A stretch of DNA of 64,000 nt from Bdellovibrionales bacterium (GCA_040380025.1 JBEIJY010000008.1:30710-94709), one strand, 5' to 3'. Shown: positions 45,034-58,250, numbered from the stretch's first letter. Notes: generated from the letters alone by a model not told the origin. Program-made: numbers and translations.

Positions 45034-46110
45034 CTATTTCAAGCTCTTGATGTATTCGATGACCGAAAGAATTTCTTCCTCGCTCAACTGCCCCTTGTAC
45101 GGAGGCATGCTCGGCGGATAACCCTCGACCACCTTCGCGAGCGGATTCTCGATCGACTCGCGGATGTAATTGTCATCCGCCTTCACAGTGATGGTTTTGC
45201 CGTTCGCGACCACTTTTTCTTCGCGGCCGTAAAGCCCCTTGTAGCTCGGACCGACCATTTTGGAACCGTCCACCGAGTGGCATGCGATACAAGCCTTTGC
45301 GGTCACGACCGCCTTGCCTTTGTCGGCAAGAGTGAGCTGCTTTTGTCCGCCTGTCGAACCCGCCACGGCTTCCGGCATTCCCTCACCCAAACGATTGGCG
45401 CGATACCCGGGAAAGGTCGGGTCGGCAGGGAGGGAGTCCACGTCGATCTTCTTCCCGGAGAGCCAGTCCTTCCACTGATCATCCGTGAGCACGATCAAAC
45501 GGGCAAGCATGCCCGAATGCACCGTTCCGCAATACTCCGTACAGTACACCTGGTGAATGCCCGGGAGTTTCGCCTCGAACCACACCGAGGTATACATCCC
45601 CGGAACCACATCGGACTTCACACGGAAGTTCGGAATGAAAAACGCATGAAGGACATCTTCGGAAGACATGATCAGCTTCACCGGACGATTGACGGGAACA
45701 TAGAGGTCATTCGTGACGCTGGTGCCGTTCTTGTACACGAACTGCCAGGACCATTGTTTCCCGATGACATGGACTTCCATCGCATTCGCCGGCGCATGGA
45801 TCATGTCCTGGTAAACGGCCCAGCCCCAACCGAAACAAACAAAAAGAAGGATCGTGGGGATGACCGTCCAGATGACCTCAAGACCGGTGTGCCCGTGGAT
45901 GTACTTGGGCTTGCGGTTTTTTTCTTTGCGGTAACGGATCGCAAACCACACCATGGCGGCCACGATCCCCACAAAAAACACCAGACTCAAATAAACGAGG
46001 AACCAGTAAACGGCATCCCAGCTTTTCGCAATGTCAGTCCCTGCGACCGGCAAGGTCGCGGCGAAAGCATTGTTTCCGAGAGTGATCAAGCAAAGCAGAA
46101 GCTTTGTCAT
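45034..46110 (-). CDS. coxB: Cytochrome c oxidase subunit II with fused cytochrome c (caa3-like)
   Basis: LEVIWT, DVLH, CTEYCG..HS.M CuA site, C-terminal CIACH. Confidence 0.95.
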   Translation of the reverse strand: MTKLLLCLITLGNNAFAATLPVAGTDIAKSWDAVYWFLVYLSLVFFVGIVAAMVWFAIRYRKEKNRKPKYIHGHTGLEVIWTVIPTILLFVCFGWGWAVYQDMIHAPANAMEVHVIGKQWSWQFVYKNGTSVTNDLYVPVNRPVKLIMSSEDVLHAFFIPNFRVKSDVVPGMYTSVWFEAKLPGIHQVYCTEYCGTVHSGMLARLIVLTDDQWKDWLSGKKIDVDSLPADPTFPGYRANRLGEGMPEAVAGSTGGQKQLTLADKGKAVVTAKACIACHSVDGSKMVGPSYKGLYGREEKVVANGKTITVKADDNYIRESIENPLAKVVEGYPPSMPPYKGQLSEEEILSVIEYIKSLK

Positions 46111-47003
46111 TTCGCATTTCCTTTCCTTTGCCTGGTCCAGAACACCACAAGGTATCCTCCCAGGAAAGCAATCATTCCCAAAGCACCAAGCTGCATCACC
46201 CTCATCGCTTGGAGGGAATAGCCTCGCGATAAAGGTTCGTACTGATAGCAAAACATCAACAACCGATCGAAAACCGTTCCGATCTCGCCCCGCGAAGCCT
46301 CAAGAAGCGCAAGCTTCAGGTTCTTCGGATCATACGAGATCCCGTACAAATACCGGGAAATCTTTCCCTCCGGCGTAAGAATGAAAGTCACCGCAGAATG
46401 CGCATACTCCTGCTGTACTTCATCGTATTTGTATTCAAACCCGAGCTGGGAGGCGAGTTTCCGAACCTGGGACTCCTCGGCAGTGAGGAATGCCCAGCCC
46501 GCGCGCGCCTTTGCGGCATCCCGCCCCGCGGACTTCATGTATTCGCCGAGATAATTGTCTTTTTTGGCAAGAGCCATCGATGCCGTGTCTTCCGGATCGA
46601 TGCTCACCGTGACCACATCGAACTGCTCGCCCACGGACCAGGATAACTTTTTCAGCCCGTCATTCACCCCGTTCAGCACCATCGTGCACAGCATGGGGCA
46701 CTCATAATACACGAGATTCAGGACTACTGGCCTACCGCTTCGAAACCAACTCGAAAGCGGCTTTTTTTCTCCACTCTCGGAATCGACAAGCTCAATGCCG
46801 GCGAGATCGATCGTCTCACCGAGACGCTCACGCACTCCGACATCTTTCAGCTCTTCGGGGGTTTTTTTTGGATCCCCCATGACCTCGACGCTGGATCCCG
46901 GCGCACTGGCACCCCGAGACGGATCAGCGGCAAAAGAATCCGACGCAAAAGGAAAAACGGGGGAAATCAAAATCAAATATGCGAGACAAATCGCATTTCT
47001 CAC
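46107..47003 (-). CDS. sco: SCO1/SenC copper chaperone
   Basis: YYECPMLC (CxxxC), YAHS, C-terminal TM; start GTG 47003 approximate. Confidence 0.88.
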   Translation of the reverse strand: MRNAICLAYLILISPVFPFASDSFAADPSRGASAPGSSVEVMGDPKKTPEELKDVGVRERLGETIDLAGIELVDSESGEKKPLSSWFRSGRPVVLNLVYYECPMLCTMVLNGVNDGLKKLSWSVGEQFDVVTVSIDPEDTASMALAKKDNYLGEYMKSAGRDAAKARAGWAFLTAEESQVRKLASQLGFEYKYDEVQQEYAHSAVTFILTPEGKISRYLYGISYDPKNLKLALLEASRGEIGTVFDRLLMFCYQYEPLSRGYSLQAMRVMQLGALGMIAFLGGYLVVFWTRQRKGNAK

Positions 47004-47090
47004 AAAATGCACCTTCACAAATCGTTCTCTTCGTATGATGAATACCGTATCAGCACATTTCTCTTTCTGTAATAAAAATGTGACGAAACG

Positions 47091-47987
47091 ATGACAAAAT
47101 TGAAGGCCTTTAGCAAAGACATTCTTCGACTGACCAAGGCAGAAATCGTGCTTTTGGAAGTGATCACCCTCGCCGCGGGCTATTTCATCGGACAGCCTCT
47201 GGAGCGACCGATCCTTTGGTCGGCATTCACATTCACCTTCCTTGGAGTCGGCGCACTCGCTCTCGGCTCGGGTGCACTCAATCAAATTCAAGAACACCGG
47301 GAAGACGCCATGATGGAGCGGACACGCTCCCGCCCCATTCCGAGCGGCAGAATCTCACTTGGCTTGGCGTGGACCATTTCGATTGCTCTGTTTGCATCCG
47401 GCTGCTTCTTCCTGAGTCTCGTTTCCGTGCCGGTCCTTGCTCTCGGCATCCTTGCGGTCGTGAGCTACAACGGGCTCTACACGATGTGGTGGAAGCGTAA
47501 GCTCGCCTTTGCCGCCGTGCCGGGCGCAATCCCGGGATCACTCCCGATCCTGATCGGTTTTCAGGCGGCCGTTTCCGACCTGAGCGACCTTCGGGGGTAC
47601 TATCTGTTCGCGATCCTGTTTTTCTGGCAAATGCCGCACTTTTGGGTTTTGGCTCTCAAATACTCCAAAGATTATGACAAGGGCGGATTTCCGACTCTTC
47701 CTGTCGCTAAAGGGAGCGAGGTCACTCGCTTTCAAATCACCTTATGGTGCCTCGCCTATTCCGGGATTGGTCTCCTTTCCTCGTTTTTCTTTCCGACTGG
47801 AATCCCCGGCCTCATCGGGGCCCTGCTCATCAGCGCTTGGCTCCTGTTTGAACTCTCGCGCTTCCTGCGTCAACCCGAGCAGAAAACCTGGCTCCGATTC
47901 TTCCTCAGCATCAACTTCAGTCTTTTGCTTTACTTGTTTGTGATCTCTGCAGATCTTTGGTCGATCCTGCTTCATCCCCGCTCATAA
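47091..47987 (+). CDS. ctaB: Protoheme IX farnesyltransferase (heme O synthase)
   Basis: LTK, LNQ..E...D..M.RT..RPIPSG, WQMPHF, DY..GG.P.LP. Confidence 0.93.
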   Translation: MTKLKAFSKDILRLTKAEIVLLEVITLAAGYFIGQPLERPILWSAFTFTFLGVGALALGSGALNQIQEHREDAMMERTRSRPIPSGRISLGLAWTISIALFASGCFFLSLVSVPVLALGILAVVSYNGLYTMWWKRKLAFAAVPGAIPGSLPILIGFQAAVSDLSDLRGYYLFAILFFWQMPHFWVLALKYSKDYDKGGFPTLPVAKGSEVTRFQITLWCLAYSGIGLLSSFFFPTGIPGLIGALLISAWLLFELSRFLRQPEQKTWLRFFLSINFSLLLYLFVISADLWSILLHPRS

Positions 47988-48029
47988 GACATTGAAATTA
48001 AAACATAAAACACTGCTTCCATTTGGAAG

Positions 48030-48057
48030 TTGCCATATTGGCGCATCGCGCTATACT
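48030..48057 (+). promoter_or_regulatory. Sigma70-like promoter upstream of the small ORF
   Basis: TTGCCA-16 nt-TATACT, 9 nt before ATG 48067. Confidence 0.5.
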
Positions 48058-48066
48058 TAGATTATT

Positions 48067-48261
48067 ATGATTCTTAAACAATATTGGGCACGCAGCGGCT
48101 ACGACGCAGAAGAATACTACTTTGCCAAGATCAACCGTGAACTCATTGAGAGAATCAAGGCAGAGCAAGGAAGAAAAGGTTCAAGTCCGGGATCTGGGAA
48201 CGCCAAGGTGATTCCCTTTCCCGGCAGCGAGGCGAAAAATCCGAAGAAGCGCGCCGCATGA
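48067..48261 (+). CDS. Small protein with EEYYF.K....LIE.IK helix (ATPase-inhibitor-like motif)
   Basis: 64-aa ORF in an otherwise empty gap, preceded by a promoter-like motif. Confidence 0.6.
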   Translation: MILKQYWARSGYDAEEYYFAKINRELIERIKAEQGRKGSSPGSGNAKVIPFPGSEAKNPKKRAA

Positions 48262-48333
48262 CTCACCCTGCATCCCACATCCACTGATCGTCGGCCCGCG
48301 ACTCCCGGATCGGGAGCCAGCCTCGGACGAGGT

Positions 48334-48849
48334 ATGAAGAGGCCTATCGAACATCCGGAGCTCGAAGAGCTCTCCCGAGGCGTGGGGGAGATCATCGAAT
48401 TCTGGGGATTCAAACAAATTCACGGAGTCATTTGGACCCACCTGTTTTTGAGTCCTGAGCCTCTATCGGCAAGCACGCTGGTGACCCGCTTGGGAGTCTC
48501 GAAAGCCTTGATGAGTCTATCGATCAAAGAACTGCTCCGCCATCGGGTGATCCTGCCGGTGGCGAATGAGAGAAACAGAAAAACGAAGTTCTATGTGGCG
48601 AACTCAGACCTATTTCCCGTCATCCAGGAGGTCCTCGAAAATCGCGAATTACGGATGATCGCAAATATCGTGGCACGCTGTCACCACCTGAAGGCAAGCC
48701 TGTCTTCCCGATCAGAATCAGAAACCATCGCACCCGAGAAGCTCGAAAGCATGCTTCGCTTGAGCGAAGAGGCAGAGTTCACTCTTCGGAATCTTCTCAC
48801 GATGCCGGGAATCAGCCCCGGTTTCCTGAAAAAGTTCTTTCAGATGTGA
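48334..48849 (+). CDS. GbsR/MarR-family transcriptional regulator
   Basis: WG.....G.IW..L.LS.EPL......L.VSK...S.SIKEL winged HTH; GAGG SD. Confidence 0.8.
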   Translation: MKRPIEHPELEELSRGVGEIIEFWGFKQIHGVIWTHLFLSPEPLSASTLVTRLGVSKALMSLSIKELLRHRVILPVANERNRKTKFYVANSDLFPVIQEVLENRELRMIANIVARCHHLKASLSSRSESETIAPEKLESMLRLSEEAEFTLRNLLTMPGISPGFLKKFFQM

Positions 48850-50048
48850 TGCCGGTACACAGAATCGGGAAGATACGGATCCCGGATCGCGACCACGTTG
48901 TTCTTTTTCAGAAAACGCGTCACCAAAAGGCCGAACACGCCCAGGAATCCGATCCAGACTCCCACATCTCCGAGAACGATGCTCGGTCCCTTTTCGAACA
49001 CCTGCGGTTGGATCATCCAGTTCAGATCGAGAAATTGCATCGCGATGATCCAGATCGAGGTCAGGAACACGACCTCCTCGCTCCGTTTGTTACCCCTCGG
49101 AAGGAGCAAGAAGAACGGAAGGAAGAATTTGCCCACGAACAGCGAGATCGACCAAGGGGTCCAACCGTCGTTGAAGCGCACGAGAAAGTATCCGGTCTCC
49201 TCGGGAAGATTCGCATACCAGATCAGCATGTACTGCGAAAATCCGGTGTAAGCCCAGAACACGGTGAACGCGAACATGAGCTTTGCGATGTCATGGATGT
49301 GGTTCTCGTTCACGAGTTTGTCGAGGTAGCCCGAGCGCTTCATCAGGATGACCACGATCGCAAGGAATGCGAAGAAGGTCTGGTAACTGCCCGCGAACGT
49401 GTACACGCCGAACATGGTCGAGAAGAAATGCGGATCGAGCGACATGAGCTGATCGAACGCCGACATCGAGAATGAAATGGCGAAGAACGCGAGGAATGCC
49501 ACGCCGAACTTCCGGTTGCCTTCATAAATGGGCTGATACGCGACTCCGCTATCCGACCGGAGGGACGAACCGACGATCACCTTCGCAAAAAGAATCCACC
49601 CGATCACGGCAATGAGGGTCCGGATGATGAAGAACTTCATATTCAAATAACCGAGCTTGGCTGCGACCACGTGGTCTGCCATCATGTGTTCCACATCGGT
49701 CCATTTGAACAGGGTTTTCGCGCCCAGAAACACCAGAACCGTCGAAACTAGGATGAACGGAATGTAAGCCGTGAACGCTTCGGCAATCCGGCGCACCGGG
49801 GCACTCCACATCGAGGTCGTGACCCACTGGATCACCACGAAAAACAAGGCGCACACCGAAACGCCCAGAAAGAAAAAGTGCCCGCGGAGAAGCGCCGTCC
49901 AAGCGTGCTTCTGGCTTACCGCAAGAAGAAGAAAAAACGACCCGATCCCGACCATGACCATGGCGGCGAACAATCCGTTCATGGCGCCGGATCCCTTGAG
50001 GGTTCCGGGATTCTCAATTTTCTGATGAACCGCGTGTGCGTTGCCCAT
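48840..50048 (-). CDS. actF: Alternative complex III membrane subunit ActF
   Basis: About 10 TM; WS..VRR..EA, D..MSLDPH.FST.FG, HD..K..F.F..FW.Y..FSQY.LIWY.N.PEE. Confidence 0.9.
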   Translation of the reverse strand: MGNAHAVHQKIENPGTLKGSGAMNGLFAAMVMVGIGSFFLLLAVSQKHAWTALLRGHFFFLGVSVCALFFVVIQWVTTSMWSAPVRRIAEAFTAYIPFILVSTVLVFLGAKTLFKWTDVEHMMADHVVAAKLGYLNMKFFIIRTLIAVIGWILFAKVIVGSSLRSDSGVAYQPIYEGNRKFGVAFLAFFAISFSMSAFDQLMSLDPHFFSTMFGVYTFAGSYQTFFAFLAIVVILMKRSGYLDKLVNENHIHDIAKLMFAFTVFWAYTGFSQYMLIWYANLPEETGYFLVRFNDGWTPWSISLFVGKFFLPFFLLLPRGNKRSEEVVFLTSIWIIAMQFLDLNWMIQPQVFEKGPSIVLGDVGVWIGFLGVFGLLVTRFLKKNNVVAIRDPYLPDSVYRHHI

Positions 50049-50056
50049 AGATTCTC

Positions 50057-50656
50057 CTACATGCTCTCTTCAACAGCGCCTTCGGCCTTCTTCAGGTCCT
50101 CGGCGCTCGGATGTTTGGCGCGATACAGGGCGCGGATGTAATGCACCACGGCCCAGCGCTCCTCTTCATTCAGTTTCTCGGCATAGGACGGCATGGTGGA
50201 CTGCCCCATCGAAATCACATGAAAAATCTGTCCGTCCTTGTAATCCCGAATCTTGTCGCTTTGAAGCGACGGCGGTCTTGCAAACAGCGGACGCGGCCAG
50301 TTCGGCATGGAGGTCACCGTTCCGTCCCCTTCTCCGAGACTGCCGTGACAAGGAAGGCAATACGACGAATACAAGCTCTTGCCTTCCAGAAGAACATCCC
50401 GCGTGCGTCGCACGGGATTCGGGTTCTTCGCCGCTTCTTCCATGGTCAACACTGCATAGGGCCGGAATCCACGGGGAATCGCACCCGCCGGAATTGGACG
50501 GGTTCCGCCCTCTTCTTGCGCCTTGATCGCAACACTGTAGTGCATGTCAGGGGCATAAACATAGTAGGGCTTCGAGTGCTTCACATAGCACGCACTGAGC
50601 CCCGTGAGACAAACCAGCAAACCCGGAATCAACCTCGCGGCTTTCATGAGAACCAT
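50057..50656 (-). CDS. actE: ACIII monoheme cytochrome c lipoprotein ActE
   Basis: LSAC lipobox, PDM, CLPCH, MPSY, RW.VV.YIR. Confidence 0.88.
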   Translation of the reverse strand: MVLMKAARLIPGLLVCLTGLSACYVKHSKPYYVYAPDMHYSVAIKAQEEGGTRPIPAGAIPRGFRPYAVLTMEEAAKNPNPVRRTRDVLLEGKSLYSSYCLPCHGSLGEGDGTVTSMPNWPRPLFARPPSLQSDKIRDYKDGQIFHVISMGQSTMPSYAEKLNEEERWAVVHYIRALYRAKHPSAEDLKKAEGAVEESM

Positions 50657-51222
50657 CCTTCTTCGAATACTTTCCTCACATCCTTCGCGCCGAGTGACTT
50701 CAAGAATTGCTCGGCCTGATCCGGATGAAATGCTTCCTGCCCTTCCTCCTCATCCTTCCCGGCATTGGGATTCTCGATCAGGATCGCGAACCGGTTGTTC
50801 GTAATCGCAGGATCGAATGCCCGCTTGCGGAGGTTCGGCAAACGATTGAACGCCAGCATCGCAAAAAACGTTGCGATCCCGCCGAACAATACCGAGAGCT
50901 CGAAAATGATTGGCACGAACGCCGGGAGGGAATTCATGGGCTTTCCCCCGATGATGTGCGGCCACCACACCTTCGATGCGGCATACTGCCAGGCGAATGC
51001 GGTGGCGGTGCCCGTGAAGGCGAAGATCCCGGTCACATAGGGCACCTTCGAGCGGGGAAGCCCCTGCGCGTGTTCGAGCCCGTGCACGGCATAAGGAGTG
51101 AAGCAATCGAAGTGCTTGAAGGTGGAATCCCGCACCTTGGCCGTGGCCTCGATCAGGGAATCGGGCTCATCGAAGAACCCGACCACGCCCGAAAGAACAG
51201 GTTCTTTCTTTTCGTTATGCAT
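50644..51222 (-). CDS. actD: ACIII subunit ActD (DUF3341)
   Basis: TPY.VHG, WP..IGGKP, PAF.PI.FEL. Confidence 0.9.
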   Translation of the reverse strand: MHNEKKEPVLSGVVGFFDEPDSLIEATAKVRDSTFKHFDCFTPYAVHGLEHAQGLPRSKVPYVTGIFAFTGTATAFAWQYAASKVWWPHIIGGKPMNSLPAFVPIIFELSVLFGGIATFFAMLAFNRLPNLRKRAFDPAITNNRFAILIENPNAGKDEEEGQEAFHPDQAEQFLKSLGAKDVRKVFEEGWFS

Positions 51223-52595
51223 GACTTGCTCCTTTCGAGGGTTGATCCATGACGGACTTCACTTCGCCCATCGCGATCGCCGGCAGGAACCGGACAAACA
51301 GCAAGAACCAGATGAAGAAGAATCCGATCCATCCGGTGAACATCCCGAGTTCCACCCAGCTTGGCACATACGTGGCCCAGCTTGATGGCAGGAAGTCCCG
51401 GTGAAGCGAGGTCACGATGATCACGAAGCGCTCGAAATACATCCCGATGTTCACGTACAGGGAAACCACGAACATCACGGGAATCGATCGCCGGAACCGT
51501 TTCACCCAGAACAATTGCGGGATCAGCACGTTGCAGGAAACCATGATCCAGTACGACCACCAGTACGGCCCGAATGCACGGTTGATGAACGTGAATTGCT
51601 CGAAGGCGGAACCCGAGTACCACGCGATGAAAAACTCGACCCCGTAGGCGTACCCGACGAGCATCCCGGTGGTCATGATGATCTTGTTCATCTTCTCGAG
51701 GTGATCCATCGTGATGTAGTGCTTCAGCCCGAACGCCTCACGGGCGAGAACCAGAAGCGTCACCACCATCGCAAAGCCTGAAAAGATCGCTCCCGCGACG
51801 AAATAGGGCGGGAAGATCGTTGTATGCCAGCCCGGAAGCTGGGACACGGCGAAGTCGAACGAGACCACCGAGTGAACCGACAACACAAGCGGCGTCGAAA
51901 GACCTGCAAAAATCAGATATGCCTGCTCATAGTGCACCCAGTGACGGTTCGATCCCCGCCACCCCAAAGAAAGAATGGTGAGCGCGAACTTGCGAATCTT
52001 GTTCTTCGCACGATCCCGGATCGAGGCGATGTCGGGAACGAGCCCCATGTACCAGAAAATCAGCGAAATCGTGAAATAGGTGGAAACCGCGAACACGTCC
52101 CACTCCAGCGGAGACCGAAAGTTCGGCCAGAGCTGCCGCTGGTTCGGATAGGGCAGGAGCCAGAAGGCCGCAAGCCAGGTCCGACCCGTGTGGGTCAGGA
52201 TCACCATCCCGGCGGTCATGACCGCGAAGATCGTCATCGCCTCGGCCGAGCGGTTGATCCCCGTCCGCCACTTCTGCCGGAACAAAAAGAGAATCGCCGA
52301 AATCAGGGTACCCGCGTGACCGATACCGACCCAGAAAACGAAGGTGGTCACATCGTTCCCCCACCCGATCGGCTGGTTCAAGCCCCAAACGCCCACTCCG
52401 TCCTTGAATGTCTTCAGGAGAAGAACCGCACCCATGAAAAACGCGGCCATGGCGGCGATGAAGCAGACCCACCAACGGCCCGTGGGAAAGTTCTCGAGCG
52501 GACGCGCAACGTCCTCATTGACCTCGGAGAATGTCCTTCCTCCGGTGACCAGAACATCATTGACGGGCTTCCGTGTTTCCATTTGTTCTGCCGTT

Positions 52596-52609
<14 letters not shown>
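51215..52609 (-). CDS. actC: ACIII quinol-oxidising NrfD-type subunit ActC
   Basis: [48 protein letters not shown]. Confidence 0.95.
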
Positions 52610-55787
<3,178 letters not shown>

Positions 55788-55805
55788 CGTGTTGAGCTCC
55801 AAAAA

Positions 55806-56384
55806 TCAGTAGTGACAGGTATTGCAGGTGAATGGCGCAACCGGATCCGAACCCTCGGGGTTCTCAGGATAAATCGAGGATCTCAGATACTTCGGGGTCT
55901 CGAAACCGCGGTGACAATTCAAGCACCAACCCATAGTCAAGGGCTCTGCCTGATACACCTTGTCCATTTCCTTCACGTTTCCGTGACAGGTCTCGCATTG
56001 CACACCCTTGCTGACGTGACGATTGTGATTGAAATGCACATGATCCGGAAGTTCATGGATCCTGACCCATTCCACGGGACGCCCTTCGGCATACCGCTTT
56101 TTGATCTCCTGCATCCAAGGACTCTCCGGATGCACCAGAGAGTGGCAGTTCATGCAGGTAGAAAGGGACGGCACGGTCGCATGCGCCGACTTGTACGCTC
56201 CCGTATGACAATACCGGCAATCAATTTTGAATGTGCCGGCGTGAAGCTTATGACTGAACGGAATGGGCTGCTCGGGCTGATAGCCTTGATTCGAGGTGCG
56301 GGGCAATACCTGCCATGCCGCCACCATGAGCCCGAAAAAAACAACCACTCCAAATAATGCAAACTTGCGCAGGCCAGAGTTCAT
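55806..56384 (-). CDS. actA: ACIII pentaheme cytochrome c ActA
   Basis: One TM, QPIPFSH, five CxxCH (CRYCH, CMNCH, CETCH, CLNCH, CNTCH), MGWC; start may extend to 56429. Confidence 0.93.
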   Translation of the reverse strand: MNSGLRKFALFGVVVFFGLMVAAWQVLPRTSNQGYQPEQPIPFSHKLHAGTFKIDCRYCHTGAYKSAHATVPSLSTCMNCHSLVHPESPWMQEIKKRYAEGRPVEWVRIHELPDHVHFNHNRHVSKGVQCETCHGNVKEMDKVYQAEPLTMGWCLNCHRGFETPKYLRSSIYPENPEGSDPVAPFTCNTCHY

Positions 56385-56589
56385 ACTGGGACGCTCCAAT
56401 TCCTCACTTGAAAACTTCGGATCCTCCAAAGTTTTGTATTTGAATTAACGTACTACTGGAATGATGACACGGTATTGAAAACTCAGAAGATTGGCAATGA
56501 CCTTCTTGTGACAATTATCATGATGCAAAGCAAAAGCCCCGACCTGTCGATCGATAGGATCAACCGGTCCGATCATTGGAGCTGTCAGT

Positions 56590-56618
56590 TTTTCTGTGAA
56601 ATTTTCTGTGAAATTTTC
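56590..56618. repeat. Tandem 12-bp repeat TTTTCTGTGAAA, about 2.4 copies
   Basis: Direct inspection of the region upstream of actA. Confidence 0.7.
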
Positions 56619-56642
56619 GGCGGAGTTTCGAAAAAAACCGGT

Positions 56643-56963
56643 TCAGCGTTTTTTTTCTTCCTCGATCTGCCTCAAAAGAAGATCGACGGGAGTAGCGAGT
56701 TTTTTGCTTGAATTACAGGCCTTGCACGAAGGAACCAGATTGTTTTTCACCGATTGTCCTCCCCTCGCGAGAGGAACCAGATGATCCATGGTGAGCTCTG
56801 CGGGAGGAAATCTGCCCTGACAATGATGACAGATCCCTTCGGAGACTTTTTGTTTCCACCAAGGGGTTTTCCGGAGTTCGCGGGCTTTCTCGCGCTCTTT
56901 CTTCAAGCGTTTCGGATCGGTGTGCGCACGGTCCAGCGAAAAATATTCATCGTCTCGGGACAT
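56643..56963 (-). CDS. Small stand-alone HNH endonuclease
   Basis: CHHC, DHLVPL.RGG, N.VPSCK.CN..K. Confidence 0.88.
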   Translation of the reverse strand: MSRDDEYFSLDRAHTDPKRLKKEREKARELRKTPWWKQKVSEGICHHCQGRFPPAELTMDHLVPLARGGQSVKNNLVPSCKACNSSKKLATPVDLLLRQIEEEKKR

Positions 56964-57005
56964 AAAAAGAGGGACTCAGGGTACCACAAATCCCCGAATC
57001 CCTCT
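56964..57005 (-). terminator. Intrinsic terminator downstream of the XRE gene
   Basis: Minus strand AGAGGGATTCGGGG...CCCTGAGTCCCTCT-TTTT stem with G-U pairs and U tract. Confidence 0.75.
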
Positions 57006-57026
57006 CCCCCATTTTCCACCCCTCGG

Positions 57027-57494
57027 TCACAAGGTCTCGATCAATTTTTTTGCTTCAGCGAAAAACTTCTTGCGGCTCGCCGGCGGAACCGACTGAAGCA
57101 GGCGGAACATCTCATTCCACTGCGCGTCCTGGGCGGCTCCCGCAACCGCTCCCGCAACATCCTTCACTGACCCTAGAATCGTACTGGACTTGCTCACCTT
57201 TTTTCCGCGGGATGCGGCCATGAAATTCTTGAAATCCGCTCGAATCGAAAGATTCGCTGCCTGCAATTCATCCATGGGAATTTCCAGAAACGTCGAAAGC
57301 TTCTCGGCCCTCTCCCAAGGCAAAGGAGCCCTTCCGTGTTCAATGTTGGAGATGAACTGGACCGAGCATTTCACGGCCTTGGCCACATCCAGAAGCCCCA
57401 GGTTCTTTTCGAGACGCTTCTTGCGAATCAGATCCCCGAGCGGACCGAAGGATCGCTTGTCGGTGGACTTTCCTTTCGGACGACCTCTTTTCAT
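57027..57494 (-). CDS. XRE-family HTH regulator with N-terminal AT-hook-like motif
   Basis: LG..IRK.R....L.L..VA.....S.QFISNIE.G; KRGRPK; GGAGG SD. Confidence 0.85.
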   Translation of the reverse strand: MKRGRPKGKSTDKRSFGPLGDLIRKKRLEKNLGLLDVAKAVKCSVQFISNIEHGRAPLPWERAEKLSTFLEIPMDELQAANLSIRADFKNFMAASRGKKVSKSSTILGSVKDVAGAVAGAAQDAQWNEMFRLLQSVPPASRKKFFAEAKKLIETL

Positions 57495-57719
57495 ACACCC
57501 TCCCCGCACCATTGGTGCACCAGAATCAATCTTTTTCGTTTACCAGACCCTGAACACCTCCCAGGAAACGAGCTATGATCAACTAATCATGTTTAATTCA
57601 ATCTTTCAACGATAATGTTCGGAAATCCGAATTTTTCAAGGAGGCGCCCCATCAGCCATTCGCAATGACTGACCTTTTCTCGCAACCGCCCTGAACGCCC
57701 CCATGACCACGGAGGGGCA

Positions 57720-58241
57720 TCAATCCGCTCTTTTTTGATAGAACGCAAACCGGTAAGAAAGACCTCCGGGATGTGGTTCCTGCTGGGGCCTCACATGGTC
57801 CAGAATAAAGCCAGGAAGATCCAGTCGACCATTCTCATAGCCAAAAAATCGCGTATCCCCCGGAAACTCGGCGTCGATCTCGGTCAACCAAAGCTCGTCC
57901 AGATCCGGAAGGGCAAGGCGATAGATCTCCGCACCACCAATCACGAAGAGATCTTTTCCGACCAAGGACGGATTCCCCCGAAAGAATCGAATCGCCTCCG
58001 GAAGGCTCGAAAACATCCGCGCATCCGGCGCGCTCCACGCGGCATTTCGCGAAATGACCGCATTCTCCCGCTTCGGAAGGGCCTTTCCGAGCGACTCATA
58101 GGTTTTTCGCCCCATGACCACGATCTGACCGCGGGTGGATTCCCTGAAAAATCGCATGTCCTCGGGAATATCCCACGGGAGGGCATTTTCTAGCCCAATG
58201 ACGCCATTTCTCGCCACTGCCGCGATTGCAATGATTCTCAT
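57720..58241 (-). CDS. folA: Dihydrofolate reductase
   Basis: IG....LPW..PED, MGRKTYES, LP.R.N, VIGGAEIY, GD..F. Confidence 0.95.
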   Translation of the reverse strand: MRIIAIAAVARNGVIGLENALPWDIPEDMRFFRESTRGQIVVMGRKTYESLGKALPKRENAVISRNAAWSAPDARMFSSLPEAIRFFRGNPSLVGKDLFVIGGAEIYRLALPDLDELWLTEIDAEFPGDTRFFGYENGRLDLPGFILDHVRPQQEPHPGGLSYRFAFYQKRAD

Positions 58242-58250
58242 GCTTCCCCC

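Noticed and set aside
56590..56963. CRISPR-like or mobile system from the HNH gene plus short repeat
   Set aside because: Repeat is a 12-bp tandem with no spacers; no cas, transposase or terminal repeats
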